A stretch of DNA of 64,000 nt from Leptogorgia sarmentosa (taxonomy: Eukaryota), in assembly GCA_964658305.1 (NCBI GenBank), contig OZ210885.1, positions 15,500,001-15,564,000 of the forward strand, given 5' to 3'. The position numbers were made by a program, and so were the translations under genes. Every line of letters begins with the position of its first letter. Within the stretch, counting starts at the first letter, position 1. This document shows positions 11,501 through 25,137 of this stretch, piece by piece. A model generated the notes under the pieces. It was given only the letters and a program-made list of their open reading frames with translations, was not told the origin of the DNA and did no database searches.

Positions 11501-13932
11501 CTAAAACAATATTTTACTTAAGGAACCTGCAAGTTACAAAATAACTGCACGTCAACTATTAAAACCATCGCAAAAGAAGAATGGACAATATCAGTTGAGA
11601 TTTGTCACACGCATTACGGACATGATAAACAGCTACAACACACATGGTTACCAAAAGCAAAGAGACAACAAATAGCATCCCTTCTACAACAAGGTGTATC
11701 GAGGGACAAGATACTGGAGGACATACGAGAGAACACAATGAATGAAACCGACGAATTCACAAGATATCACGTAACAGGAAAGAAAGACGTAAGCAACATC
11801 ATGAAGTCATTTGGACTAAGCAAAGTCCAAAAACATACGAACAACCAGGAAAGTGTCAGAGCTTGGCTAGAAAAATGGGCAGCTGGCGAGAACAACCCCA
11901 TTCTTTTTTGTCAATTTCAAGGCAAAGATGCACCTGATGATTTTGACTTGATGAACGAAGGTTTCATGATGGTATTAAAGACACCTTTTCAAAATTGATG
12001 GCACAGAAGTTTGCCGGGAAAGGTGTCTGCATCGACGCAACTCATGGAACCACGGGGTATGATTTTCCTCTGACGACCGTTATGGTAATGGATGAACAAG
12101 GTGAAGGGTTTCCAATAGCTTGGTGTTTGTCAAATCACGAAGATTTCACTCATATGTGTATATTCTCCAAATTGCTGAAGCAGAATTGTGGTATCTTGTT
12201 GCCTCGGTGGTTAATGTCAGATTTAGCAAGCCAGTTCTATAATAATTTGAGACAAATAATTTGAAAGGATCATTAAACTAACTAAGGGGAAGAATTGCCA
12301 CAAGCAACGTATAATCCAGGATCTTCACAACAAAAGCAGGGCCATGAGCACCGAAGCTGTCGAGGTGCTTGATGAATTAAGATGGACGGTTCGTGGACAG
12401 GAAGGAAAAAACACTTACGTTGTTTCCAAACAAGCGACCAATTGTGCAGACTCCAGCTGTCAGATTAAATGCTCAGAATGCAGGGTTTGTACACACCAAT
12501 ATGTATGCAACTGTCCGGACAGCCTAATTCCAAGTACAATTTGTAAACATGTGCATCCTCTGCAGCGTTTTTTACTACAACCAAACAATCCTACGGAAAA
12601 TAACGACGATTTTGGTACACAAAGATGAAATCAGGTATAAAGATAAGGAAGTTGCATTAGTAGCCGAATATCTTAAACAGGACGCTGGCCCACCGAGAGA
12701 CATTCAAGCACTCAGGCATAGATTGAGAGAAAAACTGCTCGTTCTAGTTGATGGTGTGATGACTTGTGACAACAAATCTTCGTTGCAAGAACTTGAAAAA
12801 CAACTAAATTCACCACGCCACTTATTCAGTTCAATGAATAAGTACAAGCTGCTAGAACATCTTCAAGTCGGTCCCTTTCTTCATCTTCACGCGCCAATTC
12901 CCAGGAAACAAAAATACTGAAGCTCAGCTTTGTTTCCATTCAACGAAGAAGAAGAGGAAACTTCCAAAAAACATCCGTTTTAGTAAACCAACTCGGGCAG
13001 AGATCGATGAAATCTTTCCAAAAAACAAGGAAGGTAAAGGTATGTAGCATTTGTCAGTAAAACAAAATAGAAGGCATCAAGAAGTACTGTGTTTGCATTG
13101 TAACATGCAGTTGTTGCATGTACACACCTCTTCGAAAGACTGTAAAGTAGACATTGTAAATAGAAATGGTTTGGTGTGCCAGAAGCCACAATAATAAATG
13201 TGAAGAATCCAGACAGCACAGGATATATACTACAAGAAAAGGACATCAATATTGATGGTGAACATCCACCCGAAGAAGCACTTGACAGTGACATCACACT
13301 GATAAATGAGCATTGTAATAATGCAGCATGGAAAAAAATCAAAGCCTCATGTATGTCAATATTTGTTGTTGATTACAAAAATTCAAGTACAGTATCTATA
13401 GAGTGTCATTAGTTACAAAAACAAACAATCATTAAGTAATCTGTATGAGTTCTGGATTTGAATTTTCATTGTAGTCACTGCTCTTAAAGAAGAATGGGAA
13501 TGTAGCACTTGTGGCACTTCCAAGTATCAGAACATGATAATGTGTGATGATTGTTCAAGCTGGCACCATTGGTAAGGGTTTTTTTTCGACTTAGCCTTCT
13601 TCACCCTTGGTTTAACTTGGTTTAACTTCCATCTTTTGGGTACTTTATGAGGGTTAAGAAATCCACCCCCCTCCCCCTCATAATAGGATATATTGGCCAG
13701 GCTAATTAGGCAAAAAACAGCTAAGTGTACATAGCTGGTTTTTAACAAGTCTTGTTAAGTTTTGAAAGCATAATTTCATTTAATTGAATGCATAAATACT
13801 TATCGACAAACATGCATGTTTGGAAATACTTTGTACAATTATTTATCTGCTTGGTAATCAAAGACCTGTGTCAAAGTAACAGATGAATCAGATGAATGGT
13901 ATTGCCAGATGTGTGAACACTTACATACTTAA
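8597..13932 (+). pseudogene. Mutator/MULE transposase gene, multi-exon: Ulp1-like protease, C2H2 fingers, CNRSG..HTHYGH finger, DDE (partly deleted), SWIM, PHD
   Basis: RWLSDDHM, GCHWTMC, IYGDSM and QTCGSICGV (C48 protease H-D-Q-C); two C2H2 fingers in ORF 10377-11075; CIDATHGTTGYDF and LMSDLA; SWIM CNCPD..ICKHVH; PHD split over exons at ~13474-13571 and ~13863-13932. Several stops and frameshifts; element termini not identified. Confidence 0.85.
8789..9180. mobile_element. hAT-like MITE remnant in a MULE intron
   Basis: Starts CAGGGCCG; GGCCCC-type subterminal motifs near both ends; right TIR not found. Confidence 0.4.
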
Positions 13933-14529
13933 AGGGTATTGGCAATAGATTTTTTCTTACCGTATATTGATAGAGGACCCTCGACTGATGTCTGATATGG
14001 TATTTGTTTTTGATCTGCGCGCGTCTTTCATAAAGAAAAAACCTTGCAAAGTTCGACAACCGCCGCCATCTTGGATGAAACGCGATATGCAAATTTATGC
14101 GTGCATACATTAGCTGACGTCATTAGTAGGGTAGGCGCTGAAGCTCTCAATGTTGTTTATATGGTTCAAAGGCGTTTTTGCGAAGAAATAGCTAGACATA
14201 TACGTTACAGAAGTGGTAGAATTGCAGATTACTGATATATTTGGATGGTTTAAGATCGTTTTACGGCATTTGGCGTACATCCACTGATTGCTGGTGAGAC
14301 TTGATCAGTTGGTGAATGGTGTATTGTTTTGGTAAAGTTGGTCGCCAGATTTCCACCAAAACATGCAAAGCAACCTCAAAACAAATACAGAATTACCGCT
14401 TATATAAATACTACACAAAGGGAAACTTTGACGCCAAGATGTTTTTGAAAACCGCTAGTTAACGTCGCCGTCGGCGGGGCTACACTGGTGTAAAATAAAG
14501 GAAATTAGTTTCGTCGTTCAGGATAGATC

Positions 14530-17500
14530 ATGTACTGCCGGGTTTATGACTGTAAGAGCGACAGCCAAAAGTCAAAGAACGTGAATGCAAGTGTTTACTT
14601 TTTTTCATTTCCAAGTGGAAAATCGTCGGAGCAGCAATATAGGAGAAAAGCATGGATAGAATTTTGTAAAAGGAAAGCCTTTAAGCCGTCAGCCTGCACA
14701 CGAATATGTTCCTTGCACTTTGCTGAGGACGCCTATGAGCCAGGTCATTAGCCACAGTTCCTGAGGTCAATCGAATGCAAGGAAGACTTCAGGCTTCCTT
14801 TGAAGCGAGATGCCTTACCCACCCTAAACAAGCCTGCGGCATCCTCGACTGTCACACTGGCGTCGAAAACTCCACACAAAAGGAGAATTTTATCTGAAAG
14901 AAGACAACAGGAAAAGGTAATTATGCTGTATTTTTATCTTCCTGACCGATCAATGTAATTGTAAAGTGTCGTTTCTAAATTATCTTTTCCTTGCGCTCTA
15001 TAGAGTTTAGTAGATTTGTTGGATACAACGGCAACCCAAGCCAGTACAAGCTCTGAGAGTGAGACTGAAACCGAGACAACAGTGCCAGACGAGGAGGAAG
15101 ATGGTGAAAGTGACATGCCTCCATCAGCTGACCCTTGGCCAAATGAACCGTGTAATGAAGGAGCTTCAACTTCTGCCTCTGGTTCCGGCTTCACCTATGC
15201 AGCAACTGATGCAATCCGCTCATGTCGAACAAGATCAACACAAACTTCGTTGAAACATACGACGAGATCGGTAAAAACGCAAACTGCGATAACCACCGAA
15301 TCAATTTTTTTCTCATCGCTATCTCCGTCCGTGGAACTTTCAGATGAACAACCACCTGCAGACCCTGTCCCTAGCAGCGTTGATTCTCCCGTTGAAAGTG
15401 GATCATCGAGCATCGACAACATTGCTTCATCCAGTCCAGTGATCTCCAGCCCAGAGAAAGAAAATAGAAAAGAACCGGCTGAGACGGAATATCACGAGAG
15501 TTTGACAGAGTTGTCTGCGACATCGCTTGAGAGTGACGAAAACGGAGCAGCAGGGAAAACTCAAACCATTGTGCTACAGCAGGGAAAATCACCACAGCAG
15601 CAAGTGAAACTTGTAGTTTTCGAAGAAGCCATCGTAAACGCTTTTAGCCAAATGTCGCGACTGTGGGTTAACATGCACAATATGCCTCGAATCACGCAAG
15701 GGATCATCTTGTCACATTCGCATAAAATGCACAGAGGACAGCGACCATGACTTTGTGTGGTTGACAGGTTCTCTAGATAATGGGATACCTGTCTTTCACT
15801 TGTTGTTTGCATCTGGAATTCTATCAACGGGGATGGAATCATCGAAAGTCCTTCGTTTGTTTGATGCGTTAAAGATCCCTATCACTAAACAAAGAGAGTT
15901 GTCGAATCTTCTGAAGTACTATGTCATCCCTGCAGTTTACCGAGTTTGGCAGCGAGAGCAAAAGGCCATGATTGAGGAAATCAGAGGAAAATCCATCATT
16001 ATTGCCTCAGATATGCGTGTGGATAGCCCTGGTCACAGTGGTCTACTTGGCTCAGGTAGCACACTTGACCTAACAGGAAACCTTGTTCTTGACACCCAAG
16101 TTATCAAGGTAAAAGTAAAATATTATTTTGTCTGTCAGTCTGTTTTAACTAATTGTCGTGTTTATATTGTTGCTAAACAATATTTGTTTGATGCTTGTTT
16201 TTACACCTGAGCCTGAGGTTTCCTAGAAAATTATCCAAGATATTATTATATGGATAACTAAAGAAGCGCCCCTCTCAATACCCTACCTAAGATCTATGTA
16301 CATTCTGGGAACTGGGACTGAAATTAAGGGTTGAATGCCATATCCATGTATTATCTGCATGCCTGATGTTGCCTATATATATATTAATTTTATATATCTT
16401 ATTTTTTCAGTCCACAGAAGTTAAAAATTCCAATGCCATGGAATTGGAGTCACTGAAAAGGCAATTGACCTATTTAGAAAAAAATAAGGTGACAGTTCAA
16501 AAACTTGTGACGGATCGCCATGCTCAAGTTTCGGCTTACATGGCCAATGAAAAACCAACGGTTGAGCATGGCTATGATGTTTGGCATGTAGCAAAAGGTA
16601 CATATTTAATTTTATTGCTCCAGTAGATCGAAAACTTACTGTGCAGTTACCTTCATTTCAAGTTAAATTATTACAGTATCAAGGTCTATATTTGAGTTTT
16701 AAAATTAAGGTGAAAAGAAGAAGTTGATAAAAGTGGCCAAACTGAAGAAGTATAAGATAATCGAGCCTTGGATTCCAGTAAGTATCTATAGTAATATTTT
16801 TGGAGTAAACTAATAAGTAACCAAAACAAGTACCACAAGCTAGAACAAAAAAACAGTGAAGCAGCGTTTGACAGCCTTCTCTCTTCTATATTCATTTATA
16901 GACTCATCTCAATTATGTTTTTACTTGCAGTCAATAGTCAACCACATCTACTGGATTGCCAACTCAAGCGACAGTGCAGAGGAACGAGAGGAGAAGTGGT
17001 TGAGTATTTTAAATCACATTGTTGATGTTCATGAACATGATGGACACAAGATTTTCATGAAGTGTCTTCATGGTCCTCTTGAAAGAGCTTGGCTTAAATC
17101 AGGTTTGTATGTTGAAAACTTATGAAAATGATATGAGAATTAGAAGAGCCAAACATAGTGCGAGAGAATAGCGACCAAGGTAAATGCAATAAGAAATACA
17201 TTTCAGCAGACACATCATTTAATCAGCTGTCAATATCTAATGTGATTGTAAAAATGTCAATAATCACAGTAGACATTAACAACTGATGACTGTCTGCTGA
17301 AGTGCATATTTTTTACATATTATTTGGTTTTTCTTTCTCTCTATATTCTGTATGGTTTCCTAATATTCTCATATTATATACTGTACTTTCATTATTCTTT
17401 GCAATTTACCATGTTCCCCTTTCTTTTTATTGCTTCATTCAAATTTATGGTCATGATGAAATCTCACATGATAGAATGTAAAGTTTTAGAATTTACTTGA

Positions 17501-19134
17501 TGTCACATTGCAACTATACCCCTGAACATTAGTGATTTTCAGATAAATTTAAAATGTTGTTGTACTACATACTTGATGCCATGTTGCTAGTATTTTGCAC
17601 AGTTAATTAATTATCTTATCTTAATTAATAACTGATTTCAACACAACTTGCAGGATCTGCTGCTCACAAAAAGCTAACAGAGATGGTGACTAGGCCTAGA
17701 CTGCTCACTGCTATCCAAAAGTTGTCCAAGTATCACCAGACATCTGGCTTGGAGGCAAAACATTCAGTGGACAATGTCTTAGCATCCAAGAACACCTACC
17801 ACTCCTACCACTCACTAAGTGCAAGGTTAGCGATGCTTTTAATTGATGGCTAGTAGCAATAGTTAATTGTAACTGACCAGAAAGTATGGGCAGGTAGTAA
17901 ATATTTAAGTCTAATTAATAACAAAATCACAAGACAAGATTTACCCTTATAGGTTGTATTGTTCCAATATGCATTACAACGAGAACAGTACAAGAAAGCA
18001 GGCAACGACATCAGAGGGAAAGCTCAGGTGGGCAATCTCCTACCCAAAGGCTTTTAAAGGGGAAAGAGCAGTAGCAAAGCCACTAAAAGAGAAACCTAGT
18101 TATGGTATGTAAATGTAGAAAATTAATGAGTTGCCTTTTGCTGAGATTAACTGTTTTATGTGTCAGTGAGTCATGAGTAATCAGTCTAACAGTTTTCCTA
18201 ACAACACAATGCCCACATCATATCATGATTACATGTTAAGGTTAGGGTTGGGTTAGAGTTAATGCTTGAATTAGGGGCCATGTTTGAAATAGAAACACAG
18301 CCACACACATACTTACATAGTGTTACAATCTCTATGGTGTTATATAATACCACTGAATAATTATCTAATACATAAATTGATAATAATATAACAATTTGGT
18401 CCTGCTATGCAAATTACAAAACATAATCATTATAATTCAAATGTATTGTTTTCACGGTCAATGAACCCGAAGATATTTGCATAGCAGGACTAAATTGTCA
18501 GACTGGCTTCGTCACTAATCTATATTATAAATTATAAGTTGTAAACCCCCTGCCAAATATAAACGAAAAGGACAAAATTGTAAAGCTGATATTCCACTAA
18601 GTTGCATGCAGTACTGCCAGACACACCTAAGGACAAATTTTCATTACTTTATGATTCTTCCACACATCCAAATCAAGCACTTTCCTTGACTCATTTAAAC
18701 TTTAATCTCCCTTTTGCTGACTGTTTCAATGTATAATATAACTTCCCAAACATAATGTAATAAAGAGTTACAATTTTCAATGTTTTCCAGGATACATTGG
18801 AAAGGTTTTGGATGAAGTTCTCCAGCTTAGGTCTGAACAACACAACCTTAAGAAAGCCAGAGCATTTGCTGATAAGCTTCTTCCCCAAGAGCCCATTTCC
18901 ATGGTAAAAAAGTACTTGGAACAAAAGGACAGGCCTTCAAAGGAACAAGTGGTAGACAGTCGGAAGAGTCGCTTTACCAAACCAGCTCTACCTGAAAAAG
19001 CAGACGACACATTGTCATACATGTGTTCTTGCAAAGGAAAATGTGCAACCAAGAGGTGTATTTGCAAACTAAATAAAGCTTTATGTACAAGCGGGTGTGC
19101 TTGTAGCACTGAAAAATGTGTAAATAGAAATTAA
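14530..19134 (+). pseudogene. Kolobok transposase: THAP domain, DDE core, C-terminal CXC-like Cys cluster; about 8 exons
   Basis: THAP MYCRVYDC..FP..W..RICSLHF; ASDMRVDSPGH, SNAMELE, VTDRHAQV, DVWHVAK, QTSGLEAKHS; terminal CSCKGKCATKRCIC; premature TAG at 14749 and a frameshift near 15650. Confidence 0.85.
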
Positions 19135-19502
19135 ATTTGGGGATTTTACAGGCCATATTTATATAATAATACCACAATGTAATGATTACAATATTATGTG
19201 GATCCCATGTATTATATGAACAGTCATTTTAGGTTTAAATTTTTATTGTGGGTAAAATGTTGTTCTAATTATTATTATATTATTTGTATATAATCACTAC
19301 TTCAGATCATACTTTATTGATGTGGGCCTGGGAGTTTTAGTCGGTAATAAATTCTTAATTTTGTCAGAAAGAAGCCCCTGCAGTGCTGTTGAGTGTTGTG
19401 TTGTTTACAATCTGAGTCTGATTTTATTATTATACTATTCTAAACATTTCTATAGTTTAGGTTAATTTTGTTAGTTGATTTTAGATATAAATGGAAAAAA
19501 GC

Positions 19503-20114
19503 TTACCTTGTGGTTTTTGTGTATTTAAAATGTGTGTAAAGGCCATCAGGCGACGCAAACCTATCTCGTATTTTCTTGTAAATACACGCTGGGAATGGCC
19601 TTCTTTTCTTCTTCCCCAAAATCTGGAAAATCCAACGTGAACATCTTTGGTAGGCCACTAGTCTATATAGTTTGTGTGTCCTTTCTATGTCTTCATCACC
19701 AAGAGGCCAGTTCTCCTCAAGGTAGCGGCAAACATCGACCTTTAACACGCCTTCTGACAGCATGTTTTCATTGAATTCAGGAAGGGTCGTGACACATTTC
19801 TCTTGTCGCCCCTCAGCTTCTGAGAGTAACGCGTCATACTCATCATATTCCACGGCCTTTTCGTGACAGCAGAAGCTCTCGACAGCCTTATTCATAGGTG
19901 AACAATTTCCACATTGACACCATGTCATGGAATTTAGTCGCCAAGCATTTTCACGTTCAAATATTCTATGTATTTCATCAACTTCGTCCTCTGACGACGA
20001 TGTGGATTCAGAGTCAGACTGTGAGTCGCTGTATCCACTTGTATTTCCCGTTGCTTCTGGCTCAAATTGGTACGGGAGCACTTCGCCTGACTGGTTTTCG
20101 TGAATTTCATCCAT
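19503..20114 (-). CDS. KolX accessory protein (P2X7 intracellular ballast-domain-like)
   Basis: PYQFEP, WCQCGNC, ESFCCHE, YRLVAYQR..W..LGKKKRRPFPAC..IR..F....YTHF; intact 203-aa ORF inside the Kolobok TIRs. Confidence 0.85.
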   Translation of the reverse strand: MDEIHENQSGEVLPYQFEPEATGNTSGYSDSQSDSESTSSSEDEVDEIHRIFERENAWRLNSMTWCQCGNCSPMNKAVESFCCHEKAVEYDEYDALLSEAEGRQEKCVTTLPEFNENMLSEGVLKVDVCRYLEENWPLGDEDIERTHKLYRLVAYQRCSRWIFQILGKKKRRPFPACIYKKIRDRFASPDGLYTHFKYTKTTR

Positions 20115-20700
20115 TATACTTATAATGAAGCCGATGAAGCCTATTTATTTGTTGAAAATAGCGACGCAACAATGCCAACAACACTATACTACACTATACT
20201 ATTCAGCTGTTTACCGTGTGTTACCCTACTTATGACGTCACATGGGAACTTTGACCTCAAAGATAATTTTTTTGAAATGAATCCAAGATGGCGGCGGTTG
20301 TCGAACTTTGCAAGGTTTTTTCTTTATGAAAGACGCGCGCAGATCAAAAACAAATACCATATCAGACATCAGTCGAGGGTCCTCTATCAATATACGGTAA
20401 GAAAAAATCTATTGCCAATACCCTTTAACATTCAGGTAAAATACAGATTATTGAGAGTGTATAGTTTTTCAAATATAAGATGGTCATATGGCTAATTGGC
20501 TATTTCTTCATGTTGTTATATGTAGGCTATGATATATGATAATGAAAAGGATGGACCTGAAGGGCTTTCCAGGACCTTGACATCAGAAGATCTTAAAAAA
20601 GTGAGTTGGACCGAACAGCAACCTTCTAAGGCAGAACCATTGGCAAAACACACATTAAAAACAACATATGTAAACAAAGATTTGAGAGTAACGCACTCTA

Positions 20701-21042
20701 AAGAGTAACGCACGATCCTTTGAGAATGAAGCCTATGCAGCATTTTCCACATATACACGAAAGGCAGCTGGTGGGAAACGAGGTAATGTTACACTTGAAC
20801 ACATATTACAATTTGTCTCTGCAACAGACCAGGAACCACCTCTTGGCTTCTCTACAAAACCAAGTATTGTCTTTCCATCTTCCACAACATCAGGTGCATG
20901 GTCATTTATACCAACCTCCAACACATGCGCTAACATGCTTAATTTGCCATGTCCAACAAGTGAAATACCACTTCCTAATGAGGAAAAACTCTTCGAGGTG
21001 TATGACATGGCATTTTGCAATGCATACTTTGGGAAACATTAA
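20701..21042 (+). pseudogene. HECT E3 ligase C-lobe fragment (G2E3-like); probable accessory gene of an IS3EU-like element
   Basis: Frame absent from the ORF track: SNARSFENEAY..LEHILQFVSATDQEPPLGF..IPTSNTCANMLNLP..LFEVYDMAFCNAYFGKH*; catalytic-type PTSNTC motif. Confidence 0.75.
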
Positions 21043-21049
21043 TTAATAA

Positions 21050-23834
21050 GGTGGTCATTCCCCTTCAGAGCATTTTTTTATTTTACAAGCTATAGACCCA
21101 GCAAAAACATTTTTTAAGAGGGTGCAGTGATAAAAATCAAAATCTGAAATAAATTTTTTGGTTACTCGTTAATTACACTAATTATCCAATATGGCCGCCC
21201 ACAATTAGCCAAAAAATGACGTCACTTGAAACATGATAACACAGACACCATTAATCAGAATAACACAAATTACATATATTTTGAAAGCTTATAACATGAT
21301 CTAGTTCCTGACCATCTTTGTTTTCACTTAAAAACATTTTCACTAAAAATATGATAAATAATCTGCTAATTAGGAAAAAAGGGGATATTTTTCAGCCAAA
21401 TTGAGTAATTAAACCTCATTTATACTTTACTAATTAAATATATTCAAAATTGAAAATGGTTAGGAACTAGATAATGTTAATGGCCATAAACACACAAAGT
21501 TTCAACCTTTTACATGCAATGTTCGAACTGATATGCTGTCACAAAAATTAAATGGTATGGAAAAACTGCCGAATTGAGGAAATAGTACTTTAATGTTTTG
21601 TTCCGATTATACATTGTCTAGAAAGCACCTGGTTCATAGGTGACACCTTCTTTCTCTTCAATACTATCAACATAGTTCTTTCTGAGGTGCCTCAATAGTT
21701 TTCTTCTCTTCTTCACTTTCTCAGAGGACTTCTTTGCCGACACTTCTATGCGTGAATTGTCGCAATCTTCGCTGGCTTTCGCAGTGAACTTACCCGGAGT
21801 TATATCCAGGTCATGAAATAACTTGACAAAAGAAATATCACCATCATTGAACTTCAGAATGGCCAGGTAGGTGGCAAGAGCCACTGTCTCTTGCTCAACA
21901 TAAATGGACTTGGGGCATCTATTCCAGATCAGGTTGTTCAAGCATTCATTGACGTTCTGCGTCAAGCCATGCATACACTTGCTCAATAGTTCAGGCTTAC
22001 TGAGGTCTTTGTAGATGGGCTTGATCAGATCAACAATACAGCCTCGAATTCCATTTTTATGTTTATATCCGTCCTTGTCTTTCTGATATCCACACCAACT
22101 GTCTTCTACTTCTGGGCATAGATGATGCTGCGGATTCTTATCAGTTGACGCAACATGGTGGTAAAGGGATGCTTCTATGGATTTGGCCATTTTACCAACA
22201 TCATCAAGGTTTTCTCTACCTGCTAAGCCATAATAGTTGTGTAAAATATCTATTTTACTGTCAGTCAGCCTACCTTTACCAGACAAACCTTTTTTTCCAC
22301 CAGCCAATGTCAACCCTTTCTTGGAACTCTTCAGCTTACGCAGACGTCTTCCAACCCTCTTTTGTACATGCATCCAATGCATTCTAATTTGTTTGGAACA
22401 CAATCCTCTCCATATGGCTGGCTCTCAACAGTGCTATTATAAGTTGAGGAATCCCCATCTCCAAGCATGTTTGTATATTTCAGCGCTCTTGTAGCCAGTG
22501 ACCGTTCAAAAATCCGAACAGCACCAGTTGTTTCCATGCTTCCTTCATGATTGATCTTGCAGATGTGTGATGCTTTCCATGCACTGTAACTTGGATCATT
22601 AGTCCTTTTTCCCCACTTTTGGCACTGATTGCACTTGTCTGACAACACTTCTACGTCAAGACATTTCTTGGTATCCAAAGAGATCACAGTAACGACACCG
22701 TTGTGGGACGAATATCCTCTCTTCTGCCAAGTACCATCGATCGACACTCCACATTCTCTGTCATCATTTGCACTTTCATCTCTAACTTTGTAAGCATTGT
22801 TTAGCATACTATCAGTAGCCAACCTCTTTACGACTGGCAAAACCTTTTCATTTTGTATCTTTGTAAACGCACGGCGGGTTGGTGAAGGCATATTCATGAT
22901 CTTGTTGAAGATTGTCATGCCAGTATGACCTTTCCCAATTTCTCTGAAAGCAAGGACTGATCTTACATTTACTTCATAAGAACGGCCTTGTTTCTTTGAA
23001 GTGTCAAAAGAATACTTCCACTCACACTCCATATTTTTACATTGCAAAACAATGTAATGGGAAAATCCACATTTCTTTTTCATATCAACATGTGCCTCGA
23101 TATCACATTGACAATCCGGGCATTTCAAAACGTTGTCAAATATGTTAAATAGTATGGATAAGTCCATAAAAATAGTTCCTTCTTTCAATGTACTACCAAT
23201 TTTTTCAGACAAAGGATGAAGCACTTCTGTTTTCTGGCTGATTTTTCTTGCGGAAGGCCCAGGATCTTTATAGCTTGGTTCGCCATCTTGGATTATACTT
23301 CGCTTTCCTGGTGGTGGAATCTTTCGTTTTTTTCTCGCTCTATTTTTCGTATTCCCCATCTATTCACTCTCAGTTACAATCAGAACAACAGAAGGAATGT
23401 AATTCTACACTTTGACCGCAACTTTTCGACTTATAAACGCAAAAATCCAGGCAATTTTCTGACACAACAAATACACAGTATACACAACAGTCGACCTCGA
23501 GGTTGGGAAATCACAGCGTTGCTATGCCGACAAAAATGAACCAATCACAAGGAGATTTACTAGCATGGCTTTAAATAACATACATCAAAAGTTGAATTTA
23601 AAAAAACCTCTTTGTAAGTCAAATAATCAAGCAAATTTGGAAGGAAAACACGTTGCTATGGCGTTGCTATGTAGAAAATTTCAAAGTCAGGACACTTGAA
23701 GCCTTAATTTCTCATAAATAAGCATATTTTCAGGCAGGCAACCCATGTTATCTTAAAATATAATACTTAAAGTACCTGAATATAACAAAAAAAAAAATTA
23801 TTTTTTTTCAAAAATCACATTCTGAAGGGGAATG
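21050..23834 (-). mobile_element. Kolobok-type (GDGDS, single-ORF) DNA transposon, right end clipped
   Basis: Left end ATAA|GGTGGTCATTCCCCTTCAGA; right TCTGAAGGGGAATG (23821-23834) lacks the outermost bases. Confidence 0.75.
21618..23359 (-). pseudogene. Kolobok-type transposase (one frameshift near 22375)
   Basis: SIDGTWQKRGYSS, GSME, LGDGDSS, KLECIG|HVQKRVG, GKGRLTD, TQNVNECLN. Confidence 0.85.
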
Positions 23835-24072
23835 TGTGATTCCAGTGATAGTTACTATTCGAGTAGTTACTATACAGTATATTTATTTACATTACAATAA
23901 GTTAGTAACATTGGACAAAAGTATACCAATTTCGGAGGAACAAATAACCTTTGTAAATTGCTGTTGTAACAAAACATTTGTCGTTTTATTGCTTTTACGT
24001 TCGCTGTGCCTTTTGCACCACAATATATTCGTACGATGTTTGTTCATTTGTATTGAAATGACAGGTCTGTTT

Positions 24073-25137
24073 TTACTGCTCTTTGGGAGCATAATTACCT
24101 AACAGATCTAAAACCTCTTCATAAATATCAATACCCATTTGCACAGAAGGCATCAATGGATCTATAACTTGCAAAAGCTCTGCTTCATTGTCGTTTGCAT
24201 TTGCAATGCTTAGTGGTTCTACAACAATATTATTGTTGCTATCTTCAAATGGGGGTGGTCCATGAGGATCATACCCATAAAACTCCACATTCTCTGGTAC
24301 ATTGTCAGGTCCCCCACTTGATAAAGGATTATCTGGATTCATCATGTTGTTTACCCACATCTGGTATGGTGACCAATTTCGTGCAGTACGCATTTTGTGA
24401 TGATTGAATGCTTCTAGGTATTCCTGCAGAGCTTGATTGATTCTTGGGAGAAATACGAAATGTAAGGCAAACATATGAAGAGAATTGCTGGTGTCAAGAA
24501 TTCCTGAATCTTCCATAGCATAAAATACATAATAGTAATAGTGACAGACACATCGAAACACATCACGCCAAAGCTGCTCGATTCTCTGGTTATGTGTCGA
24601 TGGACCAGCTATGAAACTTCCCCGATCGGCCCCCCTATTTTCAACCATTGCTTCACAAACCAGAACGTTCTTTACGCCATAGTCTACTCGAATATGTGAA
24701 GGCCAAATTCCTCCATCCCTTTCAACAGCACTATGAAACAAATTGAGGACAGTAGTAGCTAGATTATTTGCACTGCAGTGAAGAAATATTATTTTTCTCG
24801 AAAAGCCGTCAATGCACCCATATATGACCAGGCTCCACCTTATTAGCGAGTGATGTCCATCTAAGTGCCACAGGTAGTTTGCCCATGGTACTTGGTACCA
24901 TCTACGGTAAACTGCAGCACCCCACCTTAATGCAACATTGGCCAGGTCAATTCTTGTTATACTTGCACGGAGTCGTCTCCTTGGCACATGAATTCCAAGG
25001 GAACGGAGATAACCCATTAGAAAAACCTGTCCAGTGGTTCGTCCATGACGACATTTCGAGAGTGTGTCGCTGCAAATTTTGCGAGATAGTTTCAAAGCAA
25101 CCGGCGAGCAACTCCCACTGTTGTTGGTCATCTTCAT
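24073..25137 (-). pseudogene. IS3EU-like DDE integrase-core transposase (5' truncated)
   Basis: WHLDGHHSLIRW..GCIDGFSRKI, RVDYGVKN, STHNQRIEQLWRD, FNHHKMRT; convergent with the HECT fragment ending at 21042. Confidence 0.75.

Larger units (their letters stand above)
13933..20424 (+). mobile_element. Kolobok DNA transposon, full length (6.5 kb), two convergent genes
   Basis: 144-bp TIRs (13933-14076 and 20281-20424) starting AGGG; TTAA TSD at 13929-13932 and 20425-20428. Confidence 0.95.

Noticed and set aside
13871..14235. Short ORFs duplicated with ORF 20100-20495
   Set aside because: Translations of the Kolobok TIRs; like most short antisense ORFs in the track, they are shadows of other features.
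18236..18262. Telomere-like TTAGGG tract
   Set aside because: Only about four degenerate units inside an intron.
19503..20114. Host P2RX7 gene
   Set aside because: No transmembrane or ectodomain sequence; lies inside Kolobok TIRs.
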